Shown: positions 1-10,085 of the stretch, one piece after another
How positions within the stretch are numbered: the first letter of the stretch is position 1
Layout of the letters: every line of letters starts with the position of its first letter
NCBI GenBank assembly: GCA_011322445.1
Contig: DRMV01000033.1
Span: forward strand, 97,560 to 161,559
Direction: 5' to 3'
DNA: 64,000 bases
DNA from: Chloroflexota bacterium
GTDB lineage: Bacteria; Chloroflexota; Anaerolineae; Anaerolineales; DRMV01
Notes under the pieces: generated by a model
What the model was told of the DNA's origin: nothing
Database searches by the model: none
What the model saw: only the letters and a program-made list of their open reading frames with translations
Program-made: the position numbers and the translations under genes

Positions 1-65
1 TGGTGAGTGGTTACTTCGTGCCGCTTCACCACATGACACGGAAACACTTGACACTGGAACACACC

Positions 66-647
66 ATGTTGACCTACCTCATCATCGGCCTCGGCAACCC
101 GGGCCGGGAATACGCCCAAACCCGCCACAACGCCGGCTTCCTGCTCGTTGACCGCCTGGTCGAGCGGCTGGGCACACGCTTCCGCCGCCTGCAATTCAAA
201 GCCCTGACCACCGACGCCCGCTACGGCAATGCCAAAATCATCCTTGCCAAGCCGCAAACCTACATGAACCTCTCCGGGCAGGCCGTGGGGCCGCTGATGC
301 GCTTCTACAAAATCCCGCCGGAGCGGCTGCTGGTGGCCTACGACGACCTCGACCTGCCCCTCGGCACGGTGCGCCTGCGCCCCAAAGGCGGCCACGGCGG
401 CCACAAGGGGATGCGTTCCATCATTGAGCGCTTAGGTACGCAGGAATTCCCCCGCCTGCGCCTCGGCATTGGCCGCCCGCCCGGCCGCATGGACGCCGCC
501 GATTATGTACTCCAACCCTTCGCCCCCGCCGAGTTGGAAGCCATGTCCATTGCTTTTGACCGCGGCGTGGAAGGCATCTTCCGCTGGCTGGACGAGGGGC
601 TGGAGGCTGCAATGAATTTCGTCAATGCGCCCCAAACCAACGACTAA
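66..647 (+). CDS. pth: Peptidyl-tRNA hydrolase
   Basis: LIIGLGNPG...YAQTRHNAGF, KPQTYMNLSG, DDLDLP, GGHGGHKG motifs; start set at ATG 66 (MLTYLIIG). Confidence 0.97.
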   Translation: MLTYLIIGLGNPGREYAQTRHNAGFLLVDRLVERLGTRFRRLQFKALTTDARYGNAKIILAKPQTYMNLSGQAVGPLMRFYKIPPERLLVAYDDLDLPLGTVRLRPKGGHGGHKGMRSIIERLGTQEFPRLRLGIGRPPGRMDAADYVLQPFAPAELEAMSIAFDRGVEGIFRWLDEGLEAAMNFVNAPQTND

Positions 648-684
648 ACGACCTGGCGACTACCCGACTGCCGGGCTCCTGACT
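641..684. repeat. Degenerate 8-mer tandem array (CGACTAAA CGACCTGG CGACTACC CGACTGCC), reverse orientation of the AGTCGGRW family
   Basis: Period-8 CGAC units read directly; contains the pth TAA stop (645-647). Confidence 0.6.
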
Positions 685-692
685 TTCTTCCC

Positions 693-3600
693 ATGCTTCT
701 TCCCCTTTTGACCGCCTCACCGTCACTGCGCGCCGTGGCCGAAGCCCTGCGGGCGGGCGCCCCCATCCCCGGCACGGTGGAAAGCCCCACCGCGCCGCCC
801 AACCTCGCGCTGCCCCGCGCCGCGCGCCTGCCGGTGGCGGTGGCGCTGTGGAAGGCGTTGGGGGTTCCCGTGGTCTGGCTGACCCACCGTGCCGACTACC
901 TGCTGCTCGCCCGGCGGGAACTCAGCCTGTGGCTGCCCGAAGCCGAGGCCGCCGACCTGCTGACCTTCCCCGAACCGCCCAGTCCCTTCGACCCGCCCGA
1001 ACGGTGGGACGAGCGCACCCGCACCGAGCGGCTGCAGGCGTTGAGCGCGCTGGCGGCCCATTTCGTGCCCGCCGCCGCCCGCCAAACACCCCTCATCCTC
1101 ACCACCGCTCGCGCCCTGCTGCCGCCCCTGCTGCCCCGCCGCGACTTCCTCAAAGCCGCCCGCCGCCTGAAACCCGGCCAGCGCCTCAACCCCACCGCCT
1201 TAGCGCGCGATCTGGTCACCCTGGGCTACGAACCCGTCACCACCGTCACCGCCTGCGGCCAGTTCGCCCGCCGCGGCGGCCTGCTGGATTTCTGGCCGCC
1301 CACCTCCCCCCACCCCATCCGCCTAGATTTCTTCGGCGACGAACTGGAAACCCTGCGCGCCTTCGACCCCGCCACCCAGCGCACCACCAAGCGCCTGCCC
1401 GCCGTCTTGCTGGCCCCGGCGCGAGAATCTCCCGGGGAAATGCCAACCACTACAACCCTGTTGGATTATCTCCCCCCCCGCTCGGTGGTGTTGTTCGACG
1501 ACTGGGACGCGCTGCAAACGGCGTGGGAAAAAGCACACCACGAAGCCCGCGCCCTGGAAAACGCCGCCGACCGCATCGTGCCCCCCGAAAGGCTGGCCTC
1601 CTTAGAAGCCTTCCCCGCGGCGGTACGGCGGCTGGCGTTGGGCCCCGCCGGTGCAGGCAGCGCCCTGCCCCCCGACGCCCTTGCGCTCGCCTTCCAGCCC
1701 GAAGAACGCTACGGCGGGCAGGTGCGCCCCTTCCTTGAAGCCGTCCACGCCCTGCTGCAGCGTGGGGAACAGGTCTTCATCGTCTCCCGCCAGACGCCCC
1801 GCCTGCGGGAACTGTGGCAGGAGGAATTTGCGGGGAAATTGCCCCCCGCGGGTGCAGATCTCTCCCCACCCCCACCGCCTGCGGCGGTATCCCCCTCCCC
1901 TCCCTTAGTAAGGGAGGGGAGGGGGACAGGGGGAGGGGTGGGATCCACCCCCACCTTCGTCGAAAGCGCGCTGGGCGGCGGTTTCGCCTTCCGCACGCCC
2001 CAGGCCACGGTGCACCTTTTCACCGACGCCGAAATTTTCGGCTGGCGCCCCCCGAAGGTGCGCCGCCGCCCCCGCCCCCAGCCCCGGCCCCCCGAAGCCG
2101 CCTACGCCGACCTGCAGCCGGGCGACTATGTCGTGCATGTTGACCACGGCATCGGGCGCTTCGCGGGCATCGTGCGCCGCACCTTGGAAGGCAAAACCCG
2201 CGACTACCTGCTCGTGGAATACGCCGAGGGCGACCAACTCTTCGTGCCCATCCACCAGGCCGACCGCCTGACCCGCTACATCGGCCCCACCGACCGCCCG
2301 CCTTCCATCACCCGCTTAGGCAGCGGCGACTGGCAGCGCACCAAAAGCCGCGTGCGGGAAGCCGTGCAGCAGATGGCCGAGGAACTGCTGGAACTCTACG
2401 CCCGCCGCAACCTCGCCCAGGGGCACGCCTTTGCCCCCGATTCCGATTGGCAGCGCGAACTGGAAGCCGCCTTCCCCTACCTGGAAACCGAAGACCAGCG
2501 CAAGGCCATCGAGGCCGTCAAGCGCGACATGGAAAGCCCCCGCCCGATGGACAGGCTGATCTGCGGCGACGTCGGCTATGGCAAAACCGAGGTCGCGCTG
2601 CGGGCAGCCTTCAAGGCCGTGATGGATAGCAAGCAGGTCGCCATGTTGGTGCCCACCACGGTGCTCGCCCAGCAGCACTACCGCACGTTCCGCCGCCGCC
2701 TGGCCGCCTTCCCCGTGGTGGTGGAAATGCTTTCCCGCTTCCGCACCCCCGCCGAGCAGCGCAGCATCTTGCAACGCCTCGCCCGCGGCGAAATCGACAT
2801 CATCATCGGCACCCACCGCCTGCTTTCCGGCGACGTCCAGTTCAAAGACCTCGGCCTGGTCATCATCGACGAAGAGCAGCGCTTCGGCGTGGCGCACAAA
2901 GAGCACTTCAAGCGCCTGCGCACAGCGGTGGATGTGCTCACCCTGACCGCCACGCCCATCCCCCGCACCCTTTACATGGCGCTCACCGGCGTGCGCGACA
3001 TTTCGGTCATCGAAACCCCGCCCGCCGCCCGCCTGCCGGTCATCACCCACGTCGGGCCTTACGACCCCGAACTGGTGCGGCGCGCCATTCTGCGGGAACT
3101 CGACCGCGGCGGGCAGGTGTTCTTCGTGCACAACCGCGTCCAGACCATCCAGGCCATGCGCCGCCACCTGGAACGCTTAGTGCCGGAAGCCCGCATTGCA
3201 GTGGGGCACGGCCAGATGCCCGAAAAGCAACTTGCCGAGGTGATGGAAGCCTTTGCCAACGGCGAAGTGGACGTGCTCTTGAGCACCACCATCATCGAAT
3301 CGGGGCTGGACTTCCCCAACGCGAACACCCTCATCGTGGACCGCGCCGATGCCTTCGGCCTGGCGCAACTTTACCAGCTGCGCGGGCGGGTGGGGCGCGG
3401 GCCGGTGCAGGCTTACGCCTATTTCTTCCGCCACCGCAGCAAAGCCCCCACCGAAGAAGGCCGCCTGCGGCTGGAAACCTTAGCCGAACACACCGCCTTA
3501 GGCGCGGGCTACGCCATCGCAATGCGCGACCTGGAAATGCGCGGTGCGGGCGAAATTTTGGGCACCCGCCAGCACGGGCACATGGCCGCGGTGGGCTTCC

Positions 3601-4142
3601 ACCTTTACACCCGCCTGTTAGCCGAAGCCGTGCGCCGCCTGCGGGAAAGCCGCGGCCTGCCCGCGGAAGGCGGTTTTGGCGAAGCCGAAGCCGCGCTGGC
3701 TGCGATGCCCAGCCCGGTGAGCGTGGAACTGCCCCTGGAAGTCAGCCTGCCGCCGGAATACATCCCCGACGAGGGCACCCGCCTGGCGCTCTACCGCCGC
3801 CTAGCCGAAATCCGCAGCACCGAAGCCCTGGAAGCCCTCGCCGCCGAACTGGAAGACCGCTTTGGCCCCCTGCCGCCGCCCGCGGCCAACCTGCTCTACC
3901 AGATGCGGGTGAAACTGCTGGCCGAGCGGGCAGGCATCGCCGCGGTGCGCACCGACAGCGGGCAGGTCGTGCTGCAGCCGCCGCCCCCACCCGCAGGGCA
4001 AAAACGCCCCCTGCCCCCCTTACCCCCGCCCTGGCGCACCGGCAGCCGCGCCTACTGGCTGCCCCTGCGGGAGGGGTGGCAGGAGGAAGTCATCAAAGGG
4101 CTGGAAATGCTGGGAAAGTCGGATAGTCGGATAGTCAGATAG
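693..4142 (+). CDS. mfd: Transcription-repair coupling factor
   Basis: UvrB-like N-terminus, CarD/RID ([14 protein letters not shown]), [31 protein letters not shown] motif ([13 protein letters not shown]), TRCF C-terminus. Confidence 0.97.
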   Translation: MLLPLLTASPSLRAVAEALRAGAPIPGTVESPTAPPNLALPRAARLPVAVALWKALGVPVVWLTHRADYLLLARRELSLWLPEAEAADLLTFPEPPSPFDPPERWDERTRTERLQALSALAAHFVPAAARQTPLILTTARALLPPLLPRRDFLKAARRLKPGQRLNPTALARDLVTLGYEPVTTVTACGQFARRGGLLDFWPPTSPHPIRLDFFGDELETLRAFDPATQRTTKRLPAVLLAPARESPGEMPTTTTLLDYLPPRSVVLFDDWDALQTAWEKAHHEARALENAADRIVPPERLASLEAFPAAVRRLALGPAGAGSALPPDALALAFQPEERYGGQVRPFLEAVHALLQRGEQVFIVSRQTPRLRELWQEEFAGKLPPAGADLSPPPPPAAVSPSPPLVREGRGTGGGVGSTPTFVESALGGGFAFRTPQATVHLFTDAEIFGWRPPKVRRRPRPQPRPPEAAYADLQPGDYVVHVDHGIGRFAGIVRRTLEGKTRDYLLVEYAEGDQLFVPIHQADRLTRYIGPTDRPPSITRLGSGDWQRTKSRVREAVQQMAEELLELYARRNLAQGHAFAPDSDWQRELEAAFPYLETEDQRKAIEAVKRDMESPRPMDRLICGDVGYGKTEVALRAAFKAVMDSKQVAMLVPTTVLAQQHYRTFRRRLAAFPVVVEMLSRFRTPAEQRSILQRLARGEIDIIIGTHRLLSGDVQFKDLGLVIIDEEQRFGVAHKEHFKRLRTAVDVLTLTATPIPRTLYMALTGVRDISVIETPPAARLPVITHVGPYDPELVRRAILRELDRGGQVFFVHNRVQTIQAMRRHLERLVPEARIAVGHGQMPEKQLAEVMEAFANGEVDVLLSTTIIESGLDFPNANTLIVDRADAFGLAQLYQLRGRVGRGPVQAYAYFFRHRSKAPTEEGRLRLETLAEHTALGAGYAIAMRDLEMRGAGEILGTRQHGHMAAVGFHLYTRLLAEAVRRLRESRGLPAEGGFGEAEAALAAMPSPVSVELPLEVSLPPEYIPDEGTRLALYRRLAEIRSTEALEALAAELEDRFGPLPPPAANLLYQMRVKLLAERAGIAAVRTDSGQVVLQPPPPPAGQKRPLPPLPPPWRTGSRAYWLPLREGWQEEVIKGLEMLGKSDSRIVR
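1857..1945. repeat. GATC-bounded palindromic element inserted in-frame in mfd (copy 1)
   Basis: 35-bp core CCCCCTCCCCTCCCTTAGTAAGGGAGGGGAGGGGG (1891-1925) identical to 18151-18185; side hairpin CCGCC-TGC-GGCGG. Confidence 0.9.
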
Positions 4143-4228
4143 TCGGGAAGTCGGGAAGTCGGATAGTCGGGTGGTCAGGGAGTCGGGAAGTCGGATAGTC
4201 GGGTGGTCGGGTGGTCAGGGAGTCGGGA
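4117..4228 (+). repeat. 14-unit 8-mer tandem array (AGTCGGAT/AGTCGGGA/AGTCGGGT/GGTCAGGG)
   Basis: Exact period 8; supplies the mfd TAG stop (4140-4142). Confidence 0.95.
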
Positions 4229-4282
4229 TTGCTGTCCGCTCCCTTTCATCCCAACTTTCCCCGCCTCGCGCCGCAATAATGT

Positions 4283-4288
4283 TATAAT
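4283..4288 (+). promoter_or_regulatory. Sigma70-type -10 box, likely leaderless moaC transcript
   Basis: TG-T-TATAAT 6 nt before ATG 4295, no Shine-Dalgarno. Confidence 0.6.
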
Positions 4289-4294
4289 TCCGGC

Positions 4295-4780
4295 ATGTCT
4301 TCGACACCCAGTCTGACCCATCTGGATGCCGAGGGGCGGGCGCGCATGGTCGACGTCGGCCACAAACCGCCGACCGAGCGCGTGGCCGTGGCCAAAGGCG
4401 AAGTGCACATGCGCCCCGAAACCCTCGCGCTGATTCGCAAAGGCGCGCTCAAGAAAGGCGATGTGCTCACCGTGGCCGAAATTGCCGGGGTGATGGCCGC
4501 CAAACGCACCAGCGACCTTATTCCCCTCTGCCACCCTCTGCCGCTCAGCCAGGTCACGGTGGAACTCGCCTTGCGGGACGACCTCCCCGGCGTGGAAATC
4601 ACCGCCACCGCCCGCACCGTGGCACAGACCGGCGTCGAAATGGAAGCCCTGACCGCCGTTTCGGTGGCCGCGCTGACTGTGTACGACATGGCCAAAGCCG
4701 CCGAGAAAACCATGCGTCTCACCAACATCCGGCTGGTGCGCAAACACGGCGGCCAGAGCGGCGACGTCATCAACGAGTAA
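4295..4780 (+). CDS. moaC: Cyclic pyranopterin monophosphate synthase
   Basis: LTHLD...[26 protein letters not shown]...YDMAKA. Confidence 0.96.
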   Translation: MSSTPSLTHLDAEGRARMVDVGHKPPTERVAVAKGEVHMRPETLALIRKGALKKGDVLTVAEIAGVMAAKRTSDLIPLCHPLPLSQVTVELALRDDLPGVEITATARTVAQTGVEMEALTAVSVAALTVYDMAKAAEKTMRLTNIRLVRKHGGQSGDVINE

Positions 4781-4783
4781 CCT

Positions 4784-5029
4784 ATGCCTGCTTACCGTGT
4801 TCTTCTTTTTGCCACCTTGCGCGACCTTGCAAAGCAAGAGGCGCTTACCCTCACGCTCTCACCCAATGCCACCGTCGGGCAACTACGGGAAGCCCTGGCA
4901 GCCATCCCCGCGCTGCAGCCTTACGCCGAGAGCGCCGTCATTGCCGTCAACCACGCCTTCACCACCGACGACACCCCCCTCACCCCCGACGACGAAATTG
5001 CCGCCTTCCCCCCCGTAAGCGGCGGCTGA
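4784..5029 (+). CDS. moaD: Molybdopterin synthase sulfur carrier (MoaD/ThiS fold)
   Basis: LLFATLRD N-terminus, free C-terminal FPPVSGG. Confidence 0.9.
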   Translation: MPAYRVLLFATLRDLAKQEALTLTLSPNATVGQLREALAAIPALQPYAESAVIAVNHAFTTDDTPLTPDDEIAAFPPVSGG

Positions 5030-5051
5030 TTTTTCGCACCGAGGAACGCCC

Positions 5052-5792
5052 ATGCCCCAAGTTACCGTGACCTTCTTCGGCGCGCTGCGGCACATCACCG
5101 GCGTGCCGCGTCTCACGCTGGAAATCCCCCCCGGCACCACCGTGGCACAACTCAAAGCCCTGCTGCTGGAACGCTACCCGGAACTGGACAAATCGTTCCA
5201 GGGGATTGTCACTTCCATTGGTGAAATCACCGCCGAAGACGATGAAATCGTGCCCGATGGCGCGCAAGTTGCGCTTTTTCACCCCATCGCCGGCGGCAGC
5301 GAGGCAGCGCCGGAAAGTGCTTTCCCCACCCTCGCCCTGGTGACGGAAGAAACGCTGGATTTGAACGCCCTGGTCGCCCGCATCACCGCCCCCACCACGG
5401 GCGCGGTGGTGTTCTTCACCGGTGTGGTGCGCGGCCGCACCGGTGAACAGGAAACCGCCTATCTGGAATACGAAGCCTACCGCGAGATGGCCGAGGCCAA
5501 ACTGCAACAGGTGGCCGCCGAAATTCGTGAGCGCTGGCCGAAGGTGGAAGGCATCGTCCTGGTGCAACGCATCGGCCGGCTGGAAGCCGGCACGCCCACG
5601 GTGCTGGTGGCCTGCGCTGCCCCCCACCGCAACGACGGCGCTTTTGAAGCCGCCCGCTACGGCATCAATCGGCTCAAAGAAATCGTGCCGGTGTGGAAAA
5701 AGGAAATCGGCCCGTCGGGCGAGCATTGGGTGCATGGCCACTACCACCCCACCGCCCAGGACGAACGCCCCTCAGCCCCTCCAGAACACTGA
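5052..5792 (+). CDS. moaE: MoaD-MoaE fusion (MoaX-like molybdopterin synthase)
   Basis: N-terminal MoaD domain ending FHPIAGG, followed by MoaE motifs (GAVVFFTGVVR, LEYEAY, PHRNDGAF, LKEIVPVWKKE). Confidence 0.9.
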   Translation: MPQVTVTFFGALRHITGVPRLTLEIPPGTTVAQLKALLLERYPELDKSFQGIVTSIGEITAEDDEIVPDGAQVALFHPIAGGSEAAPESAFPTLALVTEETLDLNALVARITAPTTGAVVFFTGVVRGRTGEQETAYLEYEAYREMAEAKLQQVAAEIRERWPKVEGIVLVQRIGRLEAGTPTVLVACAAPHRNDGAFEAARYGINRLKEIVPVWKKEIGPSGEHWVHGHYHPTAQDERPSAPPEH

Positions 5793-5830
5793 CCACGGGC
5801 GCCAAGCACCAAACACGGAGCACTTCACCT

Positions 5831-6961
5831 ATGAGCATTCCCTGGCGCTGCGCTTCTTGCGGCACCCCCTACCCCGACGACGCTTTGCCCTACCGCTGCC
5901 CCAAATGCGGCGACATCTTCGACCGCGTCGAAGCCCCTCGCTTCGCTCCCGAAGCCGTCGACAATGCCCTGCCCGGCATCTGGCGTTACCGCCACACCTT
6001 TGCCCTGCCGCCGGAAACCCCACCCGTCAGCCTGGGCGAAGGCCGTACCCCGCTGGTATGGGACGAAGCCTTTGGGCGGCGCGTGGCCTTCAAACTGGAA
6101 TTCATCAACCCCACCGGATCCCACAAAGACCGGGGGGCGGCGCTGATGGCGGCCTTCCTGAAAAGCCGCGGCGTCACCACCGCGGTGGAAGACTCTTCCG
6201 GCAATGCGGGAGCCGCGTTTGCCGCCTACGCCGCCCGCGCGGGCATCCACGCCCGGATCTACACCCCGGCTTACGCCTCGCCGGTGAAACGGGCACAAAT
6301 GGCCGCCTACGGGGCCGAAGTGGTGGCCGTGGACGGCCCGCGTTCCGCCGCCGCCGAAGCCGCCCGCCAGGACGCCGACCGCGGCATCCCCTACGCCAGC
6401 CACGCCTTCCTGCCCGTCGGGTTGGATGGCTACGCCACGATTGCTTACGAAATCTACGAGCAAATGGGCGCGCCCGCGTCGGTCGTCGCCCCCGTAGGGC
6501 ACGGCGGGCTGCTGCTGGGCATCGCGCGCGGCTTCCTGGCGCTGCTGGCAGGCGGCGTCATCGAGAAAATGCCGCGCCTGTTCGGCGTCCAGGCCCTGGC
6601 TTGCGCGCCGGTGTGGGCCGTGGCCCGTGGCGGGCGCGAAGCCCTTGGATGGGTTACCGACCAGTTGCCTACCGTGGCCGAGGGCGTGCGCGTCCGCTGG
6701 CCAGTGTGGGGCGACAAACTTCTGAATACCATCGAAGGCCACGATGGCACTTTCCTGGTAGTGGAAGAAGAAGCCATTTTGCCCGGACGAGAGGAACTGG
6801 CGCGCCGCGGTTTCTTCGTCGAACCCACTTCGGCCATCGTATGGGACGCCCTGCGCCAGATCGCCAACTGTGCGCCCGACCCAATCGCTGTTGTCTTGAC
6901 CGGTAGTGGTTTCAAGGCCCCCCAAGTCACCCCCGTTTCCGAAGGAGAAAAAGAGCAATGA
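5831..6961 (+). CDS. Threonine synthase-like PLP-dependent enzyme with N-terminal Zn ribbon
   Basis: CxxC..CxxC, SLGEGRTPL, NPTGSHKDRG (PLP Lys), SSGNAG, VEPTSA; start ATG 5831. Confidence 0.85.
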   Translation: MSIPWRCASCGTPYPDDALPYRCPKCGDIFDRVEAPRFAPEAVDNALPGIWRYRHTFALPPETPPVSLGEGRTPLVWDEAFGRRVAFKLEFINPTGSHKDRGAALMAAFLKSRGVTTAVEDSSGNAGAAFAAYAARAGIHARIYTPAYASPVKRAQMAAYGAEVVAVDGPRSAAAEAARQDADRGIPYASHAFLPVGLDGYATIAYEIYEQMGAPASVVAPVGHGGLLLGIARGFLALLAGGVIEKMPRLFGVQALACAPVWAVARGGREALGWVTDQLPTVAEGVRVRWPVWGDKLLNTIEGHDGTFLVVEEEAILPGREELARRGFFVEPTSAIVWDALRQIANCAPDPIAVVLTGSGFKAPQVTPVSEGEKEQ

Positions 6962-8199
6962 CCGAACGCGTTGTCATCACCGGCATGGGCACCGTCAACC
7001 CCCTTGGGCATACCGTAGCCGAAAGCTGGGAAGCGGCACTCCATGGCACCTCCGGCGTGGGGCCCATTACACTGTTCGATGCGTCGCGCCTGAAAGTCCA
7101 CATTGCCGCCGAAGTCAAAAACTTCGACCCCACCCGATACATTGACCGCAAGGAAGTGCGCCGCACCAGCCGCTTTGAGCAATTTGCCCTCGCCGCAGCC
7201 CAGGAAGCCATTGCCCAGGCAGGCATCGCTGCCGACACCGAAGACCCCTACCGGGTGGCCGTGATTGTCGCCTCGGCTATCGGGGGGCTGGAACGGCTTT
7301 CGGAAAACGTCCTCATTGCCCACAAACGCGACCCCTCGCGCATCAGCCCCTTCGTGATTCCCATGATGATGTCTAACGGCGCCGCGTCGCTGATTGCCAT
7401 GCACCACGGCTTCCACGGCCCCTCGTTTTCCACAGCCTCAGCATGCGCCTCTGGCAACGATGGCATTGGGGTAGCATGGCACCTGATCCGCTCTGGTGCC
7501 GCCGATGTTGCCATCACCGGCGGCAGCGAAGCCACCATCACCTTTACCGGCGTGGGCGCGTTCGACCGCTTGGGGGCGCTTTCCCGCCGCAACGACGACT
7601 GGAGCATGACGCCCCAACCCTTCGACAAAAACCGCGACGGCCTGGTGATGGGCGAAGGGGCTGGCATCCTGGTGCTGGAAAGCGAGCGTCACGCCAAAGC
7701 GCGCGGGGCTGAAATTCTGGCCGAACTGGCCGCCTACGGAGCCACAGCCGACGCCTATCACGTCACCGCTCCCCACCCCGAAGGCACCGCCGGGGCCAAG
7801 GCCATTTTGCTGGCCCTGGAAACCGCAGGCGTGACCCCCGACGAAGTGGACTACATCAACGCCCACGGCACAGCCACCCAACTCAACGACGTCTCCGAAA
7901 CCCGCGCCATCAAACGCGCCTTCGGCGAGCAGGCCTACCGCATCCCGATTTCCTCCACCAAGTCCATGACCGGCCACATGATGGGTTCGACCGGTGCGCT
8001 GGAAGCCATCTTCTGCGTGCAGGCCATTCGCGAAGGCGTGGTGCCGCCCACCATCCACTACGAAACCCCCGACCCCGAATGCGACCTGGACTACGTGCCC
8101 AACGAACCGCGCGAACATGCGGTCGAAGTTGCCATCAGCAACGCTTTCGGCTTTGGCGGACACAACGCCATTCTGGTGTTCCGCAAATACACCGGATAA
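6958..8199 (+). CDS. fabF: 3-oxoacyl-ACP synthase II
   Basis: RVVITGMG, SACASG catalytic Cys, NAHGTAT, KSMTGH, SNAFGFGGHNA. Confidence 0.97.
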   Translation: MTERVVITGMGTVNPLGHTVAESWEAALHGTSGVGPITLFDASRLKVHIAAEVKNFDPTRYIDRKEVRRTSRFEQFALAAAQEAIAQAGIAADTEDPYRVAVIVASAIGGLERLSENVLIAHKRDPSRISPFVIPMMMSNGAASLIAMHHGFHGPSFSTASACASGNDGIGVAWHLIRSGAADVAITGGSEATITFTGVGAFDRLGALSRRNDDWSMTPQPFDKNRDGLVMGEGAGILVLESERHAKARGAEILAELAAYGATADAYHVTAPHPEGTAGAKAILLALETAGVTPDEVDYINAHGTATQLNDVSETRAIKRAFGEQAYRIPISSTKSMTGHMMGSTGALEAIFCVQAIREGVVPPTIHYETPDPECDLDYVPNEPREHAVEVAISNAFGFGGHNAILVFRKYTG

Positions 8200-8223
8200 C
8201 CCCTCATGCTCACGGGGAGCCCC

Positions 8224-8288
8224 AAACCACAGATTCCGCAGATTTTCGCGGCGTTCCCCAAGCGTGAGCCATTCGCAAAATCTGTGGT
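8224..8288. repeat. CAGATT/AATCTG inverted-array element, empty copy
   Basis: AAACCACAGATTCCGCAGATTTT ... AAAATCTGTGGT. Confidence 0.75.
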
Positions 8289-8372
8289 GCTGAAAACCTC
8301 GAACGCGGCGAGCACCGGCCACCCAGCCCGGCTGGGCGGTCGGCGTTCCTTGCGTTCCCAGGAGTGTGCTCT

Positions 8373-9092
8373 ATGGAAACGCGCTTGCTCGAAACACCCC
8401 AGGCCTTCGCACAGCGCCTGGGCCTTCACTTCAACGACCTGCGGCTGTTGATTCGGGCGCTCACCCATCGCTCGTACGTCAACGAACACCGCGACGCGCT
8501 GGAAGACAACGAGCGGCTGGAATTTTTAGGCGATGCCATTTTGGATTTCGTCGTGGGGGAATGGCTCTATCACCACTTTCCCGAAATGGATGAGGGAGCG
8601 CTGACCCGCTTGCGCTCGGCGCTGGTCTGCCGCGAGCAACTGGCCGAGTTTGCCCGCCAAACCGGGCTCGACCGCGCCATGCTGCTGGGCCACGGTGAAG
8701 ACGCCCACGGCGGGCGGCGGCGTGACACCCTGCTCTCAGCCACCTTCGAAGCCCTCATCGGCGCCCTTTACCTGGACAGCGGACTGAAAGCCGTGCGTGA
8801 CTTTCTCTTCCCGCTGCTGGAACCGGCGGTTGACTACATTCTGGAACGCCGTCTCGACGAAGACCCCAAAAGCGTGCTCCAGGAACGCGTCCAGGCCATG
8901 GGCTACGATTCACCTGCTTACCGCACGGTGCGCGTGGAAGGCCCTGACCACCAGCGCCGGTTTGAAATTGAAGTCGTGGTAGGCAATACACCGTGGGGCC
9001 GCGGCACAGGCCCCAGCAAGCGCGAAGCCACCAAAAACGCCGCCCGCGTTGCCTTGCAACGGCTGGAACGCGGCGAACTCCCCCCGGAATAA
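8373..9092 (+). CDS. rnc: Ribonuclease III
   Basis: ALTHRSY, NERLEFLGDAIL signature, dsRBD (DPKSVLQE...GPDH); AGGAG RBS before ATG 8373. Confidence 0.97.
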   Translation: METRLLETPQAFAQRLGLHFNDLRLLIRALTHRSYVNEHRDALEDNERLEFLGDAILDFVVGEWLYHHFPEMDEGALTRLRSALVCREQLAEFARQTGLDRAMLLGHGEDAHGGRRRDTLLSATFEALIGALYLDSGLKAVRDFLFPLLEPAVDYILERRLDEDPKSVLQERVQAMGYDSPAYRTVRVEGPDHQRRFEIEVVVGNTPWGRGTGPSKREATKNAARVALQRLERGELPPE

Positions 9093-9098
9093 ATTCTA

Positions 9099-10085
9099 AT
9101 GACTGTTTCTCGCCCCCCTGCTTCTGCCCCGCTCATTCTTCTGGTCGACGACGACGCCGAACTGACCCACATCCTGGAAGAATTTCTCAGCCAGCAAGGC
9201 TTCCGCACCCTCTCTGCCCACACCATCAAAGCCGCCCTCGCCGTGCTGCGCCACGAAACCCCTACCTTACTCATCGCAGATATGCGCCTGCCTGACGGCA
9301 GCGGCAACGACCTGATTGCCTACCTGCGCCAACAGCCCGAAGGGGAAGCCGTGCCGGTCATCGTGGTTTCCGCGCTGGCCGATGCTTCCAGCGTTCAGAC
9401 CGCCCGCCGCTTCGGGGCCGACGAATACCTCATCAAGCCCTTTCACCCCGACGAACTGCTGGCCGTGGTGCAAAACAGCCTGCACCGCAGGCGGGCCGTT
9501 GAGCAACTGGTCACACGCGAAGCCCACCTGCAAACCGTCACCATCTTAGCCAAAACCATCGAAGCCCGCGACGCCTACACCGGCGGCCACGTGGAACGCG
9601 TCAGCACCTACGCGCGCAAACTGGCCGAGGCTTTAGGCTGGTCGGCGGAAGACCTGATGCTGCTGGAATTCGGCGCGCTGCTGCACGACATCGGCAAAAT
9701 CACCATTCCCGAAAACATCCTCAACAAACCCGGCCCTCTCACCCCCGAAGAGCGCGCCATCATGCGCGAACACCCCCAACGCGGCGCTGAAATTCTGCGC
9801 CATGTCAGCCACCTGCGCCCCACCATTCCCTACATCCTGTATCACCACGAGCGCTGGGATGGAAAAGGCTACCCCGAAGGGTTACGCGGTGAAGCCATTC
9901 CCCCCGAAGGCCGCCTGCTGGCCATTGTGGATGCTTACGATGCCATGACCACCCGCCGCCCCTATCGCACGCACCCCCTCGGCAAAGCCGAAGCAGCCGC
10001 CGAGATCCTGCGCCAGAGCGGCACCATCTTCGACCCCCAGATGGCAAAAACTTTCGTGCATCTTGTGCAGGAAGGCAAGATCTAA
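9099..10085 (+). CDS. Response regulator with HD-GYP c-di-GMP phosphodiesterase domain
   Basis: REC (LLVDDD, ADMRLP, KPF) plus LLHDIGK and HHERWDGKGYP. Confidence 0.93.
   Translation: MTVSRPPASAPLILLVDDDAELTHILEEFLSQQGFRTLSAHTIKAALAVLRHETPTLLIADMRLPDGSGNDLIAYLRQQPEGEAVPVIVVSALADASSVQTARRFGADEYLIKPFHPDELLAVVQNSLHRRRAVEQLVTREAHLQTVTILAKTIEARDAYTGGHVERVSTYARKLAEALGWSAEDLMLLEFGALLHDIGKITIPENILNKPGPLTPEERAIMREHPQRGAEILRHVSHLRPTIPYILYHHERWDGKGYPEGLRGEAIPPEGRLLAIVDAYDAMTTRRPYRTHPLGKAEAAAEILRQSGTIFDPQMAKTFVHLVQEGKI

Noticed and set aside
1857-1945. Intein in Mfd or GlyA-GcvT
   Set aside because: Only ~30 aa, no Cys/Ser start and no His-Asn end
4117-4228. Possible CRISPR array
   Set aside because: Contiguous 8-mers with no unique spacers and no cas genes
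8224-8372. RNase III autoregulatory rncO hairpin
   Set aside because: The main stem is explained by the CAGATT repeat family; a regulatory role cannot be supported from sequence alone
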